A DNA stretch of 64,000 nucleotides from a virus: IMG/VR virus record IMGVR_UViG_3300047353_000337, positions 8,814-72,813 of that record, one strand, 5' to 3'. Below, piece after piece: positions 1 to 10,500 of the stretch. How positions within the stretch are numbered: the first letter of the stretch is position 1; each line of letters begins with the position of its first letter. Under the pieces are notes generated by a model. It searched no databases. It worked only from the letters and a program-made list of their open reading frames with translations, and was not told where the DNA came from. The translations under genes and the position numbers were made by a program.

Positions 1-230
1 CTGCTGAAGAAGCGGCTAAGTTAGCAAATAATAAAGATAAACCAAAACCATCACAACCAAAAGTAGCTAAAAATGCACAAGTTGAATCAGATGCTAACTA
101 TCAAAGAGAAGCATTTGGAACAACAAGTAACCCAAATGCTGGTATAGATGGTGGCTATGGTCCAGATAACACAGCTAACTCTAACTCAGCTGAATTACCA
201 GGCGATGACGGCGACTATGGAGTACAATAG
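1..230 (+). CDS. 3' end of upstream gene (truncated by window edge), probably a baseplate hub/tail protein
   Basis: Open frame from position 3 (AEEAAKLANNKDKPKP...DGDYGVQ) to TAG at 228-230, just before the gp5-like start. Confidence 0.6.
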   Translation, partial: AEEAAKLANNKDKPKPSQPKVAKNAQVESDANYQREAFGTTSNPNAGIDGGYGPDNTANSNSAELPGDDGDYGVQ

Positions 231-236
231 AACATA

Positions 237-3002
237 ATGGATCAATTAGAATCAAATAATATCAATAAACGCTCTTCGGGTGTAGGCTTTGCAAAAATGC
301 CTCCAGGTCCTTTTCTAGCAAAAGTAGTCAATCATTTAGATCCTAAACGTCAAGGAGCATTGCGGGTACAATTATTACCTAACACAGTTAGCGGCTCAGA
401 CGATTTAGATGACGGACAATTATTTACAGCTAGATATTGCTCACCGTTTTACGGAACTACAGATGTTCGTAGTAACGGAAAAAATAACGACTATTATAAT
501 ACGCAACAGAGTTATGGATTTTGGGCAGTACCGCCTGATCCAGGAACTAAAGTTCTTGTTATATTTGCAGAAGGATCACCAAACCAGTGTTATTGGATAG
601 GATGTGTTCAAGACGAATATATGAACATGATGGTTCCGGGTGGCTATCCAGCAGACAAGTCAACTAATATTGTACAAGACGGGATACTAGATGACTTCAA
701 AGGTAAAAGTTTACCTGTAGGAGAATTTAATAAAAGTATTGGAGCTAACGCAACAGGACCTCTAGATATACGTAAAGGAAATAATCCAGATAAATTTCCA
801 AGACCTATTAATCCTATGATGTCTTTGACACTTGCAAAGCAAGGTCTTGAACAAGATGTTATTAGAGGAACAACAACTACAAGTTCAAGACGTGACATTC
901 CTAATACTGTTTATGGTTGGAATACTCCAGGACCTTTAGATAAACGTGACGGCAAGCCAAAAGGAAAATATGGAGATGTACGAAGTTCAGCTTATATGTT
1001 TAGAAGCAGACTAGGCGGATCTGCATTTACAATGGATGACGGAGATCCTACTATTCTTAGAAATGGAATAGCAAAAGAAAATCCCGCACTATATTATGAT
1101 ATTGAGAATACTCCTGATAATATTAGTAAGTCAGATGTTACATTACCGTTTAATGAACATATTAGATTACGTTCAAGAACAGGCCATCAAATTTTATTAC
1201 ACAACACAGAAGACTTAATTTACATTGGTAATGCAAATGGTACAGCATGGATTGAATTAACATCAAATGGTAAAATTGATGTGTATGCACAAGATAGTAT
1301 TAACCTAAGAACTGAAACAGATCTTAACATAAAAGCTGATAGAGATATAAACATTGAGTCTGGTAAAGATATTAACTTTACAGCAGGACGTAATTATAAG
1401 TTAATGGTTAATAATGATAGAGATGTTAAAACAAATAAAAACGAAACTACATTTGTTGGAATGGATAAAAACGAATGGACAGGTAATAATCATACAGTTG
1501 CAGTAGGTAGCGACCAAGATATTCAAATTAAAGGAACACAGCGTTCTACTATTAGTGGAGATTATAATTTACAAGTTAGTCAAGATGGACATATTGCTAT
1601 AAACGCAAACTTGCATAGTAAAGTAGTTGGCGATTATAGACAAACTGTAAATGGTGCATTCAATTTAAAAACCGCTGGTGATAACAAATTTACTAGTGGA
1701 GCAAGTACACAAATTAAAAGTACTCTTGCAAATAAATTAGATGCAGGAACATTAACTTCTATTTTAAGTGTAGGAACACATTCAGAAACTGCATCACAAA
1801 TACACATGAATAGTACAGTGCCTGCAACAACAGCAGATGTTGCCGATACAGTTGGCGATGCATTTAGTTTTCCGGTAACTAATTCAGTAATAGATAATAC
1901 TAGCCGAGTGCTTGATAAAGATAATGTAGTTATGAATGATGCAAGCGGAAATCCATTAAGAGTAACAGCAGATGCACTTAGAGCAAGTGTTGCAGTTGAA
2001 GCAAACAGACCAAGACGTATTCCAAGACACGAACCATGGGACGGACACGAAAACATTAATCCAGCAGGACATACTCCTAGTGCTACAGCAAGTATATTAT
2101 CACCGTCACCAGAAGTTAGATTACAACAACCTCAGATTGATAAAGATAGTGATATACCTGATTACTCAGAAACATCGGGTATCTATAATGCACAAGATGC
2201 ATATATCCGAGATCCAGTAACAGGTGAGCGTGTAAAAGAAACGTTTGATGCTGACAAAATTCCAACTAAAAACACAGATAATGCATCAGGTAACCAGCCA
2301 GCAGATCCTGTGCCTGTTGACGATATGCAACGGTATTTCTTAAGCGAACTTATAAAAGGTTTAGGATTAGATCCATTAACTTGGAAATCAACAAATGCTC
2401 ATGCACTAGCAATGGCTTGTGCCCAAGTACAAAAAGAATGTAACTTTGAACCAAGGTCAGAAAATATGAACTATAGAGTATCAACTCTACAGCGTGTATG
2501 GCCAAATAGATTTGGCGGATCAGCAGGCAAGCGTAAAGCTGAAACACTTGTTGCAGGTGGACCACCTGCTATTGCAAACTCAGTATACGGAAATAGAATG
2601 GGCAACGGCTCTGCAGAAACAGGCGACGGATTTAGATATAGAGGTAGAGGACTTATACAAATTACAGGAACAAGTAACTATAAAAAATATGGCGGACTAG
2701 CAGGTGTTGATATTTACAACAATGCTGACATGGCAAACGATCCTACAGTTGCTACAAAAGTTGCAGTAGCATACTTAAAAAGTAAAAGTGTAGATTGGAC
2801 AAGTGCAGATTTTAATGCTTTAGGTACACAGTTTAAAAAAGCAGTAGGATACGCAGATGCTGGTGGATCAAACACAGCAAGCAGAATTGGATTAGGAAAA
2901 GGATTCTATCAAAAAATCATTAATAATGAACTTACACCATTAGCAAGTTTAATCTTATCAACACCTATCGATAAAGGTGCAGGAACATCACAGGTACAGT
3001 AA
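237..3002 (+). CDS. Baseplate central spike (T4 gp5/VgrG-like) with C-terminal GH19-type peptidoglycan hydrolase
   Basis: N-terminal OB-fold pattern (AKVVNHLDPKRQGALRVQ...VPPDPGTKVLVIF), RSRTGHQILL, beta-helix repeats (VxGD-type), C-terminal E..F.P..ENMNY...YRGRGLIQITG..NY; followed by PAAR and gp25. Confidence 0.88.
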   Translation: MDQLESNNINKRSSGVGFAKMPPGPFLAKVVNHLDPKRQGALRVQLLPNTVSGSDDLDDGQLFTARYCSPFYGTTDVRSNGKNNDYYNTQQSYGFWAVPPDPGTKVLVIFAEGSPNQCYWIGCVQDEYMNMMVPGGYPADKSTNIVQDGILDDFKGKSLPVGEFNKSIGANATGPLDIRKGNNPDKFPRPINPMMSLTLAKQGLEQDVIRGTTTTSSRRDIPNTVYGWNTPGPLDKRDGKPKGKYGDVRSSAYMFRSRLGGSAFTMDDGDPTILRNGIAKENPALYYDIENTPDNISKSDVTLPFNEHIRLRSRTGHQILLHNTEDLIYIGNANGTAWIELTSNGKIDVYAQDSINLRTETDLNIKADRDINIESGKDINFTAGRNYKLMVNNDRDVKTNKNETTFVGMDKNEWTGNNHTVAVGSDQDIQIKGTQRSTISGDYNLQVSQDGHIAINANLHSKVVGDYRQTVNGAFNLKTAGDNKFTSGASTQIKSTLANKLDAGTLTSILSVGTHSETASQIHMNSTVPATTADVADTVGDAFSFPVTNSVIDNTSRVLDKDNVVMNDASGNPLRVTADALRASVAVEANRPRRIPRHEPWDGHENINPAGHTPSATASILSPSPEVRLQQPQIDKDSDIPDYSETSGIYNAQDAYIRDPVTGERVKETFDADKIPTKNTDNASGNQPADPVPVDDMQRYFLSELIKGLGLDPLTWKSTNAHALAMACAQVQKECNFEPRSENMNYRVSTLQRVWPNRFGGSAGKRKAETLVAGGPPAIANSVYGNRMGNGSAETGDGFRYRGRGLIQITGTSNYKKYGGLAGVDIYNNADMANDPTVATKVAVAYLKSKSVDWTSADFNALGTQFKKAVGYADAGGSNTASRIGLGKGFYQKIINNELTPLASLILSTPIDKGAGTSQVQ

Positions 3003-3205
3003 TGCATAAATTTGTAATAATGAAAAACAATGAACTTTTTACGTACACAAATTTTGAGGATATTCCTCTAGACTTTGATCACATAATTGAATTCAATCCT
3101 TCAGTACCCCCTGAGCCACATACTGAAGAACAACACCAAGAAATTGCACAATGGCCAGATAGATTAGAAACATTAATGGAGATAGAACGTGCCCGCAGTA
3201 ACTAG
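3002..3205 (+). CDS. Small hypothetical protein between spike and PAAR genes
   Basis: 67-aa ORF coupled by TAATG overlap; PPEPHTEEQH motif. Confidence 0.7.
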   Translation: MHKFVIMKNNELFTYTNFEDIPLDFDHIIEFNPSVPPEPHTEEQHQEIAQWPDRLETLMEIERARSN

Positions 3206-3479
3206 AATTGGAGATGCAGATGTAGCTCACTGTTCGGGTATGACTAGAGCAGAAGGATCAGGTGATGTATTTGCAAATGGAATATCTGTAAGTAGACAGG
3301 GTGATAATAATACTTCACATTTACTACCTCCTGTACCATGTCCAAGTCATGCCGCACCAATAGCAGTAGGATCAACAACAGTTTTTACAAATGGCAAAGG
3401 AACAGGCAGAATAGGAGATGCGATATCAGGTTGTACAAGCGTAGCGGCTGGCAGTCCTAATGTTTTCGCCGGCGGATAA
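3189..3479 (+). CDS. PAAR-domain spike tip protein (T4 gp5.4-like)
   Basis: MPAVTRIGD, VFANG..VSRQGD, GRIGD, GSPNVFAG repeats with His/Cys ligands; GTG start. Confidence 0.92.
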   Translation: MPAVTRIGDADVAHCSGMTRAEGSGDVFANGISVSRQGDNNTSHLLPPVPCPSHAAPIAVGSTTVFTNGKGTGRIGDAISGCTSVAAGSPNVFAGG

Positions 3480-3497
3480 AATAAGGTAAATATTAAT

Positions 3498-3932
3498 ATG
3501 GCAACAGATTTATACAAAACAATTAAAATTACTCCTAAAAGGCAGTCAAAACCTCCTGTATCACAGAAGGCATACAGAGGATTCAGCACAGTTAATCCTG
3601 ACAACAATTCTTTCCAACAATTTGATGTTTCATTAATTAAACAAAATTTATTAAATCATCTTAATATACGCCAAGGAGAAAAGTTATCTGATCCTAGATT
3701 TGGTTGTATTATTTGGGATGCCTTATACGAGCCATTAACATCACAACTAAAAGACGCAATTACAGAAAATGTTACAAATATTGTAAATTACGATCCAAGA
3801 ACTAGAGCTACAGGAGTTCAAGTTTCGGAATACGAAAGCGGATTACAAATAGAATGTACGTTGATGTACTTAGACTACAATATTAGTGAACAACTAAGAT
3901 TACAGTTTGATAAAAGCGTTGGATTGTCGTGA
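3498..3932 (+). CDS. Baseplate wedge subunit, gp25-like
   Basis: LIKQNLLNHLNIRQGEKLSDPRFGC.IWDALYEP...YDPR pattern of the GPW/gp25 family. Confidence 0.9.
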   Translation: MATDLYKTIKITPKRQSKPPVSQKAYRGFSTVNPDNNSFQQFDVSLIKQNLLNHLNIRQGEKLSDPRFGCIIWDALYEPLTSQLKDAITENVTNIVNYDPRTRATGVQVSEYESGLQIECTLMYLDYNISEQLRLQFDKSVGLS

Positions 3933-3961
3933 CACAATTAACTACTAGTATTATTGTTTTC

Positions 3962-3969
3962 AATAAATA
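3962..3969 (+). promoter_or_regulatory. T4-type late promoter-like box (AATAAATA) upstream of the gp6-like gene
   Basis: One mismatch from TATAAATA, in a short intergenic gap before the AAGGA RBS. Confidence 0.6.
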
Positions 3970-3995
3970 CAGTAGAGTTTAAAGAAGGATAATCA

Positions 3996-6900
3996 ATGTC
4001 ATCAACCGACAGACAAAATAGATTGCTACTTGCAGAAGATTGGCAAAAAGTATATCAAAGTTACCGTAATGCGGAATTCCGTAGCTACGACTTTGACACA
4101 CTTAGACGGGCAATGATCACCTATCTAAGACAAAATTACCCAGAAGATTTTAACGATTATGTAGATACATCAGAGTACCTTGCACTAATTGATATGATTG
4201 CATTCTTAGGTCAGAACATTAGTTATAGAGTTGACCTAAACGCAAGAGAAAACTTCTTAGAACTAGCAGAACGTAGAGAATCAGTTCTCCGTTTAGCTCG
4301 TATGCTTTCATATAATCCTAGACGTAATCAGTGTGCAAACGGACTACTTAAATTTGAGACAGTAAGCACTACAGAAAATTTAATTGACAGTAATGGCACT
4401 AACTTATCAGACCAAACTATTATCTGGAATGACCCTAGTAATGCTAACTGGTCAGAACAATTTAGGCGTGTGTTGAATTCAGCACTTCCACAAAACGGAA
4501 CAGTTGGTAAGCCATCAATAACCAAAGCAATTAATGGAGTACTTACACAACAGTATAGATTTACATCTACAGGTAACGATGTTCCTATATATACTTTTAG
4601 TAAATCAGTTAACGGTTCTTCAACACAATTTGAAATTGTATCAACAGGTATTGATACTGACTTTAATGTAATAACAGAAGAAAATCCTGTACCAGGAAAT
4701 AGTCTAGCATTTTTATATAGAGAAGATGGAAGAGGTTCAGGAAGTTCAAACTCAGGATATTTTTTACATTTTAGACAAGGAAGTTTGAAATCTAACGCAT
4801 TTGACGTTTCAGCTCCGTCAGCTAATCAAAGGATTTCAATTGAAGCAGAAAATATTAATGATACTGATGTTTGGCTTTATGGTTTAACCAGTAATGGTAT
4901 TCCTAGTAAAATTTGGACAAAGGTAAGTTCAACTGAAGGGAACAATGCAATCTATAATAGTTTAAACAAAAAACTTAAAGATTTTTATGTTGTACAAACT
5001 AGAGCAGATGACGAGATTAGTTTAGTATTTGCAGACGGCACATTTGGTAACTTGCCGCAAGGCGGATTTAGAGTTTATTATAGAACTAGTGCTAATAGAT
5101 CGTTAAGTATTGCTCCAAGTGAATTAACAGATATTACTATTAGTTTTCCTTATCTTTCTAAGGCAGGAACAACAGAAACAATGACTGTTGGCTTAGAACT
5201 TAAAACACCAGTAACTAATGCTACTATTAGTGAAACAACTTCAAGTATTAGAACTAACGCTCCGCAAACTTACTATACACAAAATAGAATGGTTACTGGC
5301 GAAGATTATAATATTGTTCCTTTAACAACTAATCAAGAAATTATTAAAGTAAAATCAACAAATAGAATTGCTAGTGGTATTAGTAGATATTTTGATCTTA
5401 AAGATGCTACTGGAAAATATTCTAGTACAAATTTATATGGCAGTGATGGAATACTTTATAGAGAGCCATATGAAAACAAAACGTCTTTTACGTTTGGCAC
5501 TCAAACAGATATTGAAGGCGCTATTGAAAATACAATATTGCCTATTATACAAAATAGAGCAATTAGTAACTTTTACTTTGCAAACTATGCTAAGATTATT
5601 GTTAGTGATCTTAATGCTACATGGAAGCAGTCAACTAAGACAACTAACAGTTCAACAGGACTATTAAATAATATTAATGATGTTGCATATCAACTTGGAA
5701 CATTTACAGGCGGTTCTTTAAAATATGTAGAAGCTGGAGCATTGCTTAAATTTAAACCACCAGTAGGATTTTATTTTATTGGTAATGGAGAGCTTACAAG
5801 TAACGCATCAGCAAAAGGCGCAAGTACATATAAATGGGTAAAAGTTATAAGCGTAGATGGTGCAGGCACAAGTGTTAACAGTGCAACAGGTTTTGGACCA
5901 GTTGTGTTTAATGAAATATTACCTGCAAACAGTATACTAGAAGAAGTTAAACCAAAACTAGTAAAAGACATTTCAACAGATGTTAGATCACAAATTATTG
6001 ATCAAGTATTTTCATATAAAACTTTTGCATTAAGATATGATCAAGTTACAAGAAACTGGCGTATTATTATTAACGAAAATTTAAACACAGTAGATGTGTT
6101 TAGTAATGGTAAAACAGGTGATGTAACAAATAATCAACTTGACTCAAGTTGGCTAATATTATTCGAAACAAACGGAGAAAAATATACAGTTACAAATAGA
6201 GGACTTAGATATATTTTTGAAAGCGATAAAGAACTTTCTTTTTACTTTGATGGACAAAATAAAATTTACGATTCACAAACAGGACAGTTAGTAAAAGACA
6301 AAGTTGCAATTATGAACTTTAATACTAAGCCTGACGAACTTACACCATTTAATAATGATGTTAATTGGGAAATTGTTAATGCTTTTCGAAACACAGACGG
6401 ATATATTAACAGCAAAAAAGTAGAAGTTAGTTTCTTTGATTTAAATGATGATGGCAGTATCGACGATCCAGACATATTTGATGCTGTAGTTGCACCTTTA
6501 ACAAATACATCTACAAAATATATTTTCTTAAAGAAAGAATCATCGGATCAAGGATTTAACAAATATAATTATTATAATGCAGGTAGTACAATCCAAACAG
6601 TTACAACAGAAACTGAAATTGGAGCATACAGTCAGTATTCAACAGGCCAAGTTTTTTATATTATTGATAACGATAACTTTAAAGTATTAACTAATAATGT
6701 TCTTGTAGTAACAGCAGATTATAGAGCACACGTTGGCAGACCAGATCTTAAATTCCAGTACGTACATAGTGCAGATGATGGTAATAGAATTGATCCGAGT
6801 GTAAGTAATATTATTGATGTTTACATGCTTACACAAACATATGATCAAAACTATAGGAAGTATATTAGTGGAGCGATTGCTACTGAACCTTTACCACCAA

Positions 6901-7559
6901 GTACAGATGAATTATTCCAAAACTACGGTGCAGAAATTGGCCAGTATAAATCAATTAGTGATGAAGTAATTTATCATTCCGTACAATATAAGCCTTTATT
7001 TGGTGTGCATGCACAAGAGAATTTACAAGCAACATTTAAAATTGTAAAGAATAGCGGTGAAGTAGTTAATAACAATGAAGTAAAAACACAAGTGATTAGT
7101 GCAATTAATTCGTTCTTTAGTTTGCAAAACTGGGATTTTGGAAATACATTCCATTTTACTGAACTTGCAACACATATAATGAATAGAACAGCACCAGATG
7201 TTGTTAATATTTTATTAGTACCCAAACAAGCAAATCAAGGGTTTGGAAGTTTATATGAAGTTAAAGCAGAAAATAACGAGATCTTTATTAACGATGCTAC
7301 AGTTGAAGATATTGAAATTATTGATTCTGTAACAGCATCTAGAATCCAATCGGCAGGAAATGTAGTTACATCTACAGGAACTATTAATACAGGAATTAAG
7401 AGTCAAGCATTATCAACAACTACAACTACTACAGCAACTACTACTAGTACAACAAGTTCGAGTAGTTCAAGCAGTTCGGGTAGTTCAGGTAGTTCAGGTA
7501 GTTCAGGATCAAGCGGTGGAAGCGGAAGCTCCGGCGGCGGCGGAGGTTATGGATACTAA
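3996..7559 (+). CDS. Baseplate wedge protein, gp6-like, with Thr/Ser/Gly-rich C-terminal tail
   Basis: YDFDTLR...FNDY...LIDMIAFLG...ENFLELAERRESVLRLARMLSYNP; FADGTFG; QNRMVTGEDY (gp6/baseplate-J motifs). Confidence 0.9.
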   Translation: MSSTDRQNRLLLAEDWQKVYQSYRNAEFRSYDFDTLRRAMITYLRQNYPEDFNDYVDTSEYLALIDMIAFLGQNISYRVDLNARENFLELAERRESVLRLARMLSYNPRRNQCANGLLKFETVSTTENLIDSNGTNLSDQTIIWNDPSNANWSEQFRRVLNSALPQNGTVGKPSITKAINGVLTQQYRFTSTGNDVPIYTFSKSVNGSSTQFEIVSTGIDTDFNVITEENPVPGNSLAFLYREDGRGSGSSNSGYFLHFRQGSLKSNAFDVSAPSANQRISIEAENINDTDVWLYGLTSNGIPSKIWTKVSSTEGNNAIYNSLNKKLKDFYVVQTRADDEISLVFADGTFGNLPQGGFRVYYRTSANRSLSIAPSELTDITISFPYLSKAGTTETMTVGLELKTPVTNATISETTSSIRTNAPQTYYTQNRMVTGEDYNIVPLTTNQEIIKVKSTNRIASGISRYFDLKDATGKYSSTNLYGSDGILYREPYENKTSFTFGTQTDIEGAIENTILPIIQNRAISNFYFANYAKIIVSDLNATWKQSTKTTNSSTGLLNNINDVAYQLGTFTGGSLKYVEAGALLKFKPPVGFYFIGNGELTSNASAKGASTYKWVKVISVDGAGTSVNSATGFGPVVFNEILPANSILEEVKPKLVKDISTDVRSQIIDQVFSYKTFALRYDQVTRNWRIIINENLNTVDVFSNGKTGDVTNNQLDSSWLILFETNGEKYTVTNRGLRYIFESDKELSFYFDGQNKIYDSQTGQLVKDKVAIMNFNTKPDELTPFNNDVNWEIVNAFRNTDGYINSKKVEVSFFDLNDDGSIDDPDIFDAVVAPLTNTSTKYIFLKKESSDQGFNKYNYYNAGSTIQTVTTETEIGAYSQYSTGQVFYIIDNDNFKVLTNNVLVVTADYRAHVGRPDLKFQYVHSADDGNRIDPSVSNIIDVYMLTQTYDQNYRKYISGAIATEPLPPSTDELFQNYGAEIGQYKSISDEVIYHSVQYKPLFGVHAQENLQATFKIVKNSGEVVNNNEVKTQVISAINSFFSLQNWDFGNTFHFTELATHIMNRTAPDVVNILLVPKQANQGFGSLYEVKAENNEIFINDATVEDIEIIDSVTASRIQSAGNVVTSTGTINTGIKSQALSTTTTTTATTTSTTSSSSSSSSGSSGSSGSSGSSGGSGSSGGGGGYGY
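7416..7556 (+). repeat. Low-complexity coding repeats (poly-Thr/Ser, GGTAGTTCA x3 at 7479-7505)
   Basis: Directly visible; encodes TTTTTTATTTSTTSSSSSSSSGSSGSSGSSGSSGGSGSSGGGGGYGY. Confidence 0.85.
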
Positions 7560-10500
7560 TGGCACAAGATGAAAGCCCAATCCCAACAAGCGGGGATGCA
7601 AAAAGAAGAACAGCTGATTTACTACCAAGATATTTTAGAACAACAGCAAACAAAAAGTTTCTAAGTAGCACAATTGATCAGCTAACGCAACCCGGGTCAA
7701 TTGAAAAGATTGATGGCTATATTGGTCGTAGAGATGCAAAGGCATTTAAGTCCACTGACAATTACGTTTCTGATGTTTCAGCAGAGAGAGAAGACTATCA
7801 ACTTGAACCTATTGCAACAGTTACAGATAACTTAGGTAATACAACGTACTACGGTGATTATCGAGATTATATAAACAGTAGCAAAATTAGAAATACAGAC
7901 AATATTGATCACAGCCTATACAGTTCACAAGAATATTATGCTTGGGATCCTCATATTAATTGGGACAAGTTTGTAAACTTTAGAGAATACTATTGGTTAC
8001 CTTCAGGACCTAACGAAGTTCCAGTTTACGGAACAGCTCGAAATATTATTAGTACTTTTGCAGTAGCTAGACAAGATAATGTAGATAATAATTCTTATAT
8101 TTTTAGCAAAGAAAATAAAGTAAGTAATCCAACACTTACTTTGTATAGAGGCCAAACGTATAACTTTGATATAGATGCTATTGATATGCCTTTAAGTATT
8201 AGAACTAGTAATAGTATTAACGATGATACAAACCTATATAACATTGGTGTTAGCCAACAAAAAGTAGAGCAAGGTAGTATTACTTGGACAGTTGATTTAG
8301 AGTCACCTAATGCGTTATATTATACAAACGGAAACGATCCTGAAGCATCAGGTCTTATTATTATTAAGGATATTAGAGATAATACACAACTTAATGTAGG
8401 CGAAGAAATTATTGGTAAGAAAACTTATACTATGCAAAATGGTTACGAATTAACTAATGGCATGAAAGTAAAGTTTTACGGAACAATTACACCAGCCAAA
8501 TACGGAGAAGGTAATTGGTATGTTGAAGGTGTTGGAGAATCTATTACATTAATAGCAGAAGAAGATTTAGTTATTACTGCCGATTATTTAACCGACGTTT
8601 CAACAGAATTTGATGCACAAGGATTTAGTGCATTACCTTTTGACGATGCAACTTCATACGCTATCCTAAAAGATTATATTGTTGTTAACAAAGCATCAAA
8701 AGATGGAAACCAATGGTCACGTTATAATAAATGGACACACAAAAGTGTCATCGAAACTATTGCGGCAGTTAATAACGTTCCTGTAGTACTAGATCAAACT
8801 TATAGAGCTACAAGACCAATTATTGAATTTGACGCAGGACTAAAACTTTATAATTTTGGTACACAATCAAAAACATCAGTTGACGTAGTTGATACAGTTA
8901 CTAAAGATGTGTTTTCAAATATTGAAGGACAAGCAGGTTACTTTGTTGACGGTGTTGAATTAGTTACAGGTATGCGAGTATTGTTTACAGCAGATCCGGA
9001 TAGTTTTGTTGCTGGTAAAATTTATGAAGTAGGTTTTATTAGTCAGAATGGCCAAGCTCAAATTGCACTAAAGGAAACTACAGATACTACTCCTTTAACA
9101 AATGAAACAGTTCTTGTAAAAGCAGGCACAAACTATAAAGGTAAGATTTTTTATTATAACGGTACTACGTGGAAACAAACACAAGATAAAATAAAAGTTA
9201 ATCAACAACCGTTATTTGATTTGTATAATGATGCAGGAGCACAACTTTCTACACTAGAGTCAAGTACATTTGCTGGTAACAAAGTGTTTAGTTATAAAGT
9301 TGGAACAGGCACTAACGATTCTCAATTAGGATTTCCGTTAAGTTATAGAACCATTGAAAATAGCGGTGATATTGTTTTTGACTTTAACTTATTAGCAGAC
9401 ACGTATCAATATGACGAAGTTGCTGATGTATTTACAGTTAGTACTGACACTGCACTATTAAGACAATATACTGGCAGAACTTCATACACAAATGTATCAG
9501 GATGGACTAAAGCACCAACTAAATCTACACAACCAGTTGTTGAACAATTTACAGTTGCAGAAAGAACAAATAATTTTATTATTGATGTTTATTTAAACAG
9601 TGGTAACTTAAATGATTTAGACATTAAAGTTTATGTAAACAGTACTCGTAAAAGAGATGGCGTCGATTACACAATCAATCGAGTTAACGGATATGCATAT
9701 GTTGCATTTTATACAGACTTAGTAGAAAGTGATAAGTTAGTTTTAAAAACAACATCAAGTGCTAAAAAAATACAAGGATTAGGACATTACGAATTTCCAA
9801 TCAACTTTGAAAAAAATCCGCAGAACGAAAACGTTACAACTTTTACACTAGGCGAAGTATTAGATCATGTTGATAGTATTGTTGATAATGTAAGCGGGTT
9901 CAAAGGCTTATATCCAGGTGTTAGTAATTTACGTGATTTAGGCACTCCATCAAAGTACGGTTTAAAATTTGTACAACATAGTGGACCAGTTAATCTTGCA
10001 TTATATAATTTAACAGATAAAGACTATGATGCTATTGAAGCTATGAAATGGTCAGGGTTTGAATACATTAAATTTAAGAGAGAATTTTTAAGAACAGCAA
10101 ATGATCTTGGATTTGAAGGATACGATAAAGTACATGTTGACAAAGTACTTACTGAACTTAATTTAAACAAAACTAATAAAGATGCATTTTACTTTAGTGA
10201 TATGTTAGCACACGGTGGCGAAACAACAGTAAGACATGCAATTGAAGATGAGTCACAAACAATATTTTCACTAGCGAATGGTATTGACTTTACAACGTTA
10301 TCAGAAAAAGCAGTATTAGCATACTTAAATGAAAAACAACTAGTACTTAACAAAGACTATACAGTTAGTACAGATGGATTTTTAACATTATTAAATGCTC
10401 CAAGTGCTGGAGATGTATTAGACGTTTATGAATATGTTTCAACTGATGGTTGTTGGGTTCCGCCAACTCCTACTAAGTTAGGATTGTATCCTAAGTTTAC

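Noticed and set aside
237-3932. Bacterial T6SS or contractile injection system (VgrG/PAAR/TssE)
   Set aside because: No membrane complex or ClpV; T4-type late promoters, tail fibres and phage RNase H indicate a phage
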